Shown one piece after another: positions 26,101-32,000 of a stretch of 32,000 nucleotides of DNA. The translations under genes were made by a program, and so were the position numbers. The stretch's first letter is position 1. Each line of letters begins with the position of its first letter. The notes below the pieces were generated by a model, which saw only the letters and a program-made list of their open reading frames with translations, was not told the origin of the DNA and did not search any database. Location of the stretch: NCBI GenBank assembly GCA_964401865.1, contig CAYNZZ010000006.1, forward strand, positions 33,398 to 65,397. Direction: 5' to 3'. Source of the DNA: an uncultured Erysipelotrichaceae bacterium (lineage in GTDB: Bacteria; Bacillota_I; Bacilli_A; Erysipelotrichales; Erysipelotrichaceae).

Positions 26101-27683
26101 TAATACCCCCTTACTAACTCAAGCAGATAATACTTAGCCCTTGTGTAGGCTATGTAATTCATGTTATCGGTTGTACTTGGTGAATGTATATATACAACCA
26201 TATCTGCTTCCAATCCTTTATATTCAAGAATTGATGCAACCCTGATTTCAGAACCAGAGGAAATTTTGTCACCAACGAAAGACCATTTCGCAATGCCGTT
26301 CTTGTATTGTTCCATAAATTCTTCCTTATTATCAACAATCAAAATCATAGAAGAATTAGGCAAATGCTCATCGTCAATATACCTTTTAAACAGGATTTCT
26401 AAACGTTGAGTCATTAAATTATGACTGTTGATGGTTTCTGTTTGTGGTGTAGGACCTTCTACAGGGTTTGATACCATATCAGTACCTAAATTTGTTTTCT
26501 CTGCTGTCCAATTATAAATGTTGGATGTATTTCGTATATTTTCGTGAAGAAGGAATGGGGGAGTAGAAATTCCAAAACCCTCACCAAAACTATCCTGTCT
26601 TAATATCTGAACATCATCATAAAAAACTCCAAGAATAGATTTTTCACTATCTTTAAGAAGATGTTTTATTGTCTTTGCGCATTCTTCAGAAAAGTCCTGA
26701 GCCTCATCAACAAATATTGCATCGTATTTATTTAGGTCATTTTTTAGATTGCTATAAACCCCAATATAATACGGGCCTTGCAGCATCTCAAAATCAGTTA
26801 TTATTTCTTCAAATAACGACCTTATATCTCTTACCTCAACGCTATTCTCTGTTATTTCTCTTAAATATTCCGCAAGACATTTCGAAGCGCATAAGAAAAG
26901 TGTCTTTTTTCCAAAAGAAGCCTCTTTTTCGGCCATTTTCTTAGCAATCCATGTTTTCCCGGTTCCAGCTCCACCTTTCATATAAAATTGGCGAATATTT
27001 TGGAGCAAATATACATAATTGTCTTGGACTCTATTTATTACGTTAAGTTGTTGGTCTTTGTATTGTACTAAAGCTCCTGCAGCAGCACTTATGGCCAATC
27101 GTTCTCTTACTAGTTCAAGAAAGGTTTTGTGTTGATTTGCAGGATAATACCAGCCGTATGGTTTCTTGTTGTAGAATTTAAAAATTCTTTTTATCTTACT
27201 GTAAAGGTTGTTTAAATCGTGTTGATCGATTGTAATCTCACGATGTCTATTATCTATTGCGTCTTCTTCGCCAATAGCGTGAAAAGGAAAGACCGCTGCA
27301 GCACCAAAAATGCCAGGGTAATCAATATAATTACGATTAGAATACTGATTTTTGAAATAATACATGCTTTCTTCTGCTTGATCATATGGAGATCTGTGTA
27401 GCTTTCTATCTCCATGAAGAGTATCCCCCACATACCAGACATTGTCTTTAATTGATAAATTACTGCCCCCCTTGACCTCTAAACAAAGAAAACCATATTC
27501 CGACGAAGTCACAACAAAATCCGATTCTGACTTAACAATCTTTCCATCTTTAATATCCGTCCATTTAACCGAATAAAAAACTTCAAAAGAATCTGGCAAT
27601 TGATTTTTCAATTCATAGTAAACTAATCTTTCCGAATCGGTTGGCATGTATTCTGCAATACTTTTGGGATACATAATAGCCAT
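26100..27683 (-). CDS. NERD-domain nuclease fused to a compact SF1 (UvrD/RecD-like) helicase/ATPase
   Basis: The N-terminal NERD pattern is SERLVYYELKNQLP...ESDFVVTSSEYGFLCLEVKGG. Walker A is GGAGTGKT and Walker B is AIFVDEAQDF. Late SF1 motifs are YKGLEADMVVYI and YIAYTRAKYYL. Confidence 0.75.
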   Translation of the reverse strand: MAIMYPKSIAEYMPTDSERLVYYELKNQLPDSFEVFYSVKWTDIKDGKIVKSESDFVVTSSEYGFLCLEVKGGSNLSIKDNVWYVGDTLHGDRKLHRSPYDQAEESMYYFKNQYSNRNYIDYPGIFGAAAVFPFHAIGEEDAIDNRHREITIDQHDLNNLYSKIKRIFKFYNKKPYGWYYPANQHKTFLELVRERLAISAAAGALVQYKDQQLNVINRVQDNYVYLLQNIRQFYMKGGAGTGKTWIAKKMAEKEASFGKKTLFLCASKCLAEYLREITENSVEVRDIRSLFEEIITDFEMLQGPYYIGVYSNLKNDLNKYDAIFVDEAQDFSEECAKTIKHLLKDSEKSILGVFYDDVQILRQDSFGEGFGISTPPFLLHENIRNTSNIYNWTAEKTNLGTDMVSNPVEGPTPQTETINSHNLMTQRLEILFKRYIDDEHLPNSSMILIVDNKEEFMEQYKNGIAKWSFVGDKISSGSEIRVASILEYKGLEADMVVYIHSPSTTDNMNYIAYTRAKYYLLELVRGY

Positions 27684-27685
27684 AT

Positions 27686-29590
27686 TTACATCTCCCAGAA
27701 GCCAACTTTTATTTCTTTGGCTCCATCAATTGAATATAGATACTTTCTACCTAGTTCCAGATTAAAATGGTTACATGAGATTTCAGGGAGAATAAGGCAT
27801 GCGCTACATGCAGTATCGTCTCTTTCTGTGCAAATAGGATCAAAAACACAGTTCTTTGATTCGTCAAATGTTTTCTTTAAGTAATATAAATATCTCGATT
27901 CCGCCATGCCAGATAATGCACCTAATGGGATACCTTGGCTTGTCTGTGCATAAATAAAGATGCTAGCAGTTTCTACAATTATTATTTCGGTTAATGAATT
28001 GCTAGACAAACCACTTATTTCACCTGCAGATTCGATAAACGCATGTGACATAGAATGTAAAAGCGAATAAACGTTTTTTGTAATTTCCTCGCTGTTATCG
28101 ATGCTGCCAAACATCGGAATAGCATCACTATGAACATATTCTGCAAACCATTTCTTTACAGAGATTTCGTCATCTAGATCTGGTACCATTTCTTCTCTGA
28201 TGACACCATTTGCTAATAACCATTCAATGATTTTCCTTTGGTCAATCTCAAATAAAATACCTTCAGTATCTAACCTAGAGCCAAAAACTAGATTAGTGTT
28301 TGAATTCTTGCTCCTGTCATATGCGTTTAGTTTCAACCTACAATTTTTATTAGTAGAATTGCTAGGATCAACTGATCTTCTAGTATATCCATACGTACAA
28401 TTTACGATTTGTGAGTCACAGGTAACTTGCATATTCTTGATACCAAGTTTTTTATTCATATCATACACTTCATCCACAGAATCAATGAATTCCATATCCA
28501 ATTGTCTCTGGATGGAGTCCTCTAAAGTGATGACTCGTTTAGCATCTTTTATCGTGTTGTATTGCATCAACTTAAAAGAGAAATTATTGATCCATTCATT
28601 ATATGCGTTCGGATCATCTGATTTTCTTTTAGAAAATAGTTCATCACATGCAGTGACATAACGTTCAACACCTTTATCATTGGATTTGGTTTTCATTATC
28701 TGTGCAACCGTTTCATCAAATTTCTCAGGTGCAATAAGTCCAATAGCGATCAACCCATTAGCTTGATTTTCAGCCTCTTTTCTTACTGACTCGTCTTTAT
28801 ATTCGTCGCTAAAAGCAAGCTCAACATTATTTAATATGAAATCAAAATTTGATGGCGTAATTTTGTCGAACCATTTAGATACTAAAACTTTTTGGGCGTC
28901 TAATCCTTTTTCATAAAACTTTCCACTTTGTGTATCAACTAGATTAATAATTCTTAATGTGAATGGTTTGTAATTCTTTCCTGAGCTAGCATTATCTGGA
29001 CGTAGATGTGAATTACAATTCGGACAAACTTGGATAAATTCAGCTGTTTTTTCACTATTCCCATTTCTATATATCATCTTATATGGGTTATCATTTGGAC
29101 GATATTTGAAATCTTTGACATTTTTAACATAGGGAATCTTGATTGGCTGGGCATAGCCACATTCGCATGTATAAATCATCTGTAGCTGCTTAACAGAATT
29201 CTTTTTGCATTCTGGACATCTCCATGTATATTTATCAACAGCGCCTGCACTTTTCTTTTCAAACGCGGTTCCGCATGAACCGCAATAAAAAACCAAAGGC
29301 GAAATTTCTCCCATAATATCTGGAGTGTTTTCAATACAAGCGGTCTCTACTATTTCAAATGATGGGGTGTTTTCTTGCAAATTGAATGCGGATATATCAC
29401 CATTTCTATTCTCAAACAATCTTATTTGTCGCTTGATTTCACTGTCTATGAACTTGTCGTAAATGCCTTCCATCTTTCTATAATTCCAATTTTTGATCTT
29501 GGCAGTTACCACTTCACTTGTATCATTCCTCTCAGAGATCCACATTTCCGGAAGGAATCTATATACTGCCTGATTTTTGCTTCTTTTCAT
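27686..29590 (-). CDS. DUF1998-domain zinc protein (DISARM DrmB-like)
   Basis: The C-terminal Cys cluster is CVFDPICTERDDTACSACLILPEISCNHFNLELGRKYL, a DUF1998/MZB-type signature. N-terminal CxxC pairs are CGSC...CPEC and CEC...CPNC. It starts 10 nt after the helicase stop, with SD AAGGAGAGG. Confidence 0.7.
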   Translation of the reverse strand: MKRSKNQAVYRFLPEMWISERNDTSEVVTAKIKNWNYRKMEGIYDKFIDSEIKRQIRLFENRNGDISAFNLQENTPSFEIVETACIENTPDIMGEISPLVFYCGSCGTAFEKKSAGAVDKYTWRCPECKKNSVKQLQMIYTCECGYAQPIKIPYVKNVKDFKYRPNDNPYKMIYRNGNSEKTAEFIQVCPNCNSHLRPDNASSGKNYKPFTLRIINLVDTQSGKFYEKGLDAQKVLVSKWFDKITPSNFDFILNNVELAFSDEYKDESVRKEAENQANGLIAIGLIAPEKFDETVAQIMKTKSNDKGVERYVTACDELFSKRKSDDPNAYNEWINNFSFKLMQYNTIKDAKRVITLEDSIQRQLDMEFIDSVDEVYDMNKKLGIKNMQVTCDSQIVNCTYGYTRRSVDPSNSTNKNCRLKLNAYDRSKNSNTNLVFGSRLDTEGILFEIDQRKIIEWLLANGVIREEMVPDLDDEISVKKWFAEYVHSDAIPMFGSIDNSEEITKNVYSLLHSMSHAFIESAGEISGLSSNSLTEIIIVETASIFIYAQTSQGIPLGALSGMAESRYLYYLKKTFDESKNCVFDPICTERDDTACSACLILPEISCNHFNLELGRKYLYSIDGAKEIKVGFWEM

Positions 29591-29600
29591 GTACCTCTCC

Positions 29601-32000
29601 TTAATTTATTTTTATTTCAATCTGTTCTTCTGTGTCTCTCAAACTTCTCATTGGTTTCTTATTGCCTTTTGAGAATTTTGCGATTACATCTGATAGGAAC
29701 TCATCTTTAGTGAAATTTCCTGTCTGAATACCAGTAAGAATATTAGTCGCTTCTTCATTAATTATTTCTGCATAAGCAATAGACAATTTTTCCTGGCTAT
29801 TACATCCATAAATTCCAATTAACTTTTCAACCACATCATCAACTCTGATTTTTCCATCGGCAAGTAACTTCTTGACTTTTGTTGCAAAGTATAAATTATC
29901 TTCGCCAGTCAAAACCGTATAATACTGCATCAATAAACCAGATAATAGGCCCGGCAATGTACTGTAAATAGCATTTTTTGCCCATCTATTAATCGGAACT
30001 GACTCTACTAAATCATCTTTATTCTGGTGGAACACGACGAAATTCTTGAGGTATGACCTATCTCTTACTCTCATTAGTCTGATGATATCTATAACAATTC
30101 CGGTGTACTTTCTGCCAGTTCTTGAATACGCCTGGATATACTCGGCATTATTATTTGGCATTCCAAAGAAATACATAATGTTAAAAGAATCTTCATCAAC
30201 ACCATGCGAAATAGTGCTTGTTGCCAACAACAAATTGGTGCTTTCAACATTCTTTCGATTAGCTTGAATATTAAACAGCGTTTGTCGAACAGATTGGAAG
30301 TCCGTGTCACTTGTCATCTGACTAATTACAAATTTAGGAACATTTTTGGCCTCTAGGAAGTTATTGCCCTGATTCTGAAATGCATTTTCCAATTCCATGG
30401 CATCTTGTTTCCTGTTGTTATAAACAAGCTCAATCCAGTAATCAAACAGCTTTTCTTTAAGTTCTTCTTCTGAACCATTAAATCCTTTTTCCTGTAAATC
30501 TTTTAATACAGAATTTGTATTCTTCATCATGTAATGGATTAATAGCCTCATAAAATAAACCGATTCCCACATTCCATCAGTGATTGAACGACCATATGGA
30601 GCATATCCTAACAAGATTCTTGAAATATCGTTTCCGTCGGTGTAGGAATAAAAATCTTCATCTGATTTTGTTGACGGATATTCACAAGGGAATCTTCTTC
30701 CCTGCATATGATACAGGTTGAGAATATGATCTTTGTACATGGAAATTGTTGCCGTAGCACCTATAAAACGAATCTGTTTCTGTTGACTCTTAGGAACAAG
30801 ATTTTTTGCATAATAACTCATAAATGACTCGTAATGCGAATCGAAAGTACCTAAGCTTTCCTTAACAAGATGCATTTCATCCTGAATAAATAATGTTGGA
30901 ATAGGATCCTTTAGAACGCCCACATCTTCTAAGGCGTCTCTGTTTAAACAACTTGAGCACGTACATTTTCCAGTGGCAGAAAAGCCATGAATCTTACACT
31001 TTTTCTTTACTTGTCCAAAAAGCATTTTGAATTCATTGGTCGTGCCTAACATAGCCATCTTGTCAATCGTACTAACCACAATAGATGGCAAATAACGATA
31101 GATTTCGCTATCCACAATAAGCAACGGTAACACTCCTGCTTTACAGTCAGGATTGTCACAAACATGTTCTAGTTTCCACGTACTCTTGTTAAATCGAACA
31201 TTAACCATTTTTTTGCCACAGCACGGGCATGTATCGATAAATCTATAATATTCATTTAACGTATCTTGATCGCTCTCAAGAATTAAGTTTGTGTCTTTGC
31301 CAGCGCCTCTATCGCTTAATTTCTCATGTTCGTTAATTCTGTTTGGTGTGTTTTCTTTGCCCACAAAGAAACCAACAGAAAATGGATTTGTCAGAGACAA
31401 ATCGCTGTTATCCTTAACGATATTTGCTTTCATTACGATGTTTAATACTCTGTCTAACTGTTGAACCGCCAATAAACGCAAAGGATACTTAAGAATTGCT
31501 GTGATTCCTTCGTCTTTGCCTCTTAAACGATCGAAGAACATAGCGAAAACGCTTATGCCCAAGAATGCCTCTGTCTTTCCGCCACCTGTTGGGAAATATA
31601 AAAGATTTGCGATTTCATTATCAGCTTCTTTTATAGTCGTATCATCTTTATATTCACTTCGTATGATTTCACAAATCATCGATACTATAAATACTATCTG
31701 GAATAAACGCCATCCAACTATTGGCCTTTGATTATTGCCGAGCTTGGTCATAAAGGTTTGGTTGGTAAATACAAACGCACGTTTTACATAATCTTTGTAC
31801 TTAATCTGATCAATACCCTTTCTGAAACGTTTAATTTCTCTTTGGTATTCCTCTAACGACTCTTTGAACTTTGCTTTGGCTGCAGGCGATAATGTATGAG
31901 TATTCTTAAATTCTTTTTCACACTCGTTATAGTCAGATATCATCTCATCATATATAAAAGTCAAATTTGTAACTGGATCTTCTATAAGTTTTTCGAACAG
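29601..32000 (-). CDS. SF2 DExH-box helicase (DISARM DrmA-like), 5'-truncated by the window edge
   Basis: Motif I YFPTGGGKTEAFLG, Ia PLRLLAVQQ, II FIQDEMHLV, III IGATATIS and V/VI LLATSTISHGVDE...YIQAYSRTGRK. The reading frame has no stop between 31964 and 32000 (LFEKLIEDPVTN precedes the track's TTG), so the true start is outside the window. Confidence 0.75.
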   Translation of the reverse strand: MFEKLIEDPVTNLTFIYDEMISDYNECEKEFKNTHTLSPAAKAKFKESLEEYQREIKRFRKGIDQIKYKDYVKRAFVFTNQTFMTKLGNNQRPIVGWRLFQIVFIVSMICEIIRSEYKDDTTIKEADNEIANLLYFPTGGGKTEAFLGISVFAMFFDRLRGKDEGITAILKYPLRLLAVQQLDRVLNIVMKANIVKDNSDLSLTNPFSVGFFVGKENTPNRINEHEKLSDRGAGKDTNLILESDQDTLNEYYRFIDTCPCCGKKMVNVRFNKSTWKLEHVCDNPDCKAGVLPLLIVDSEIYRYLPSIVVSTIDKMAMLGTTNEFKMLFGQVKKKCKIHGFSATGKCTCSSCLNRDALEDVGVLKDPIPTLFIQDEMHLVKESLGTFDSHYESFMSYYAKNLVPKSQQKQIRFIGATATISMYKDHILNLYHMQGRRFPCEYPSTKSDEDFYSYTDGNDISRILLGYAPYGRSITDGMWESVYFMRLLIHYMMKNTNSVLKDLQEKGFNGSEEELKEKLFDYWIELVYNNRKQDAMELENAFQNQGNNFLEAKNVPKFVISQMTSDTDFQSVRQTLFNIQANRKNVESTNLLLATSTISHGVDEDSFNIMYFFGMPNNNAEYIQAYSRTGRKYTGIVIDIIRLMRVRDRSYLKNFVVFHQNKDDLVESVPINRWAKNAIYSTLPGLLSGLLMQYYTVLTGEDNLYFATKVKKLLADGKIRVDDVVEKLIGIYGCNSQEKLSIAYAEIINEEATNILTGIQTGNFTKDEFLSDVIAKFSKGNKKPMRSLRDTEEQIEIKIN

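Larger units (their letters stand above)
20428..32000 (-). other. Accessory (mobile/defence) island, all minus strand; left edge approximate, right end outside the window
   Basis: The gene content switches from housekeeping to recombinase, Fic/Doc-like, methylase, nuclease and helicase genes. No flanking repeats could be identified because one end is missing. Confidence 0.45.

Noticed and set aside
428-31731. All other short ORFs overlapping long genes (e.g. 428-688, 5036-5258, 7161-7343, 8522-8716, 10210-10455, 17570-17764, 19384-19587, 20992-21231, 21510-21916, 22660-22972, 23902-24255, 24539-24754, 25132-25332, 26161-26944, 27219-27442, 28200-28661, 29375-29710, 30046-30310, 31501-31731).
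   Set aside because: Each is nested in or antisense to a much longer ORF that has clear family motifs. None has a convincing ribosome-binding site or a recognisable domain.
22756-32000. Calling the operon canonical DISARM, a Dnd phosphorothioation system or a Dpd 7-deazaguanine system.
   Set aside because: The visible part has no PLD (DrmC), SNF2 (DrmD) or DrmE gene, and the methylase is of another class. There are no dndACDE-like genes (cysteine desulfurase, PAPS-reductase-like, SMC-like). There is no tgt-like dpdA and no preQ0 synthesis gene. Only individual components match each system. Genes beyond 32000 could change this.

Overview
AT-rich, Firmicutes-like chromosomal window with no rRNA, tRNA or CRISPR array. 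All calls come from reading motifs in the ORF translations; no database search was run. Positions 1-20.2 kb look like ordinary core and niche-adaptation genes. They comprise a truncated HAD hydrolase, an L-lactate permease with a coupled 51-aa membrane ORF, a split YeeE/YedE-like membrane pair and pyruvate,phosphate dikinase. They continue with a small membrane protein divergent from a WYL-domain regulator, a NodB-type polysaccharide deacetylase, a threonine-aldolase-family PLP enzyme and an RluF-like pseudouridine synthase. The block ends with a class B sortase next to a 2085-aa wall-anchored adhesin carrying an SPNTG sorting signal, a FucI/AraA-like isomerase-family protein and a bile-salt hydrolase. 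From about 20.4 kb to the right edge, every gene is on the minus strand and the content is accessory. It starts with a 107-aa orphan and a RhuM/Fic(Doc)-like protein translationally coupled to a small serine recombinase. A tightly coupled six-gene operon follows. Its genes are an SF2 DExH helicase (open at the window edge), a DUF1998/DrmB-like zinc protein, a NERD-nuclease/SF1-helicase fusion, a Dam-class (D12) adenine methylase, a 768-aa DGQHR (DndB/ParB-like) protein and a 69-aa XRE regulator. The helicase plus DUF1998 pair is the DISARM core. The PLD nuclease is absent from the visible part, the methylase class differs, and a DndB-like protein is present. I consider this operon the best candidate for an undescribed methylation-linked defence architecture.
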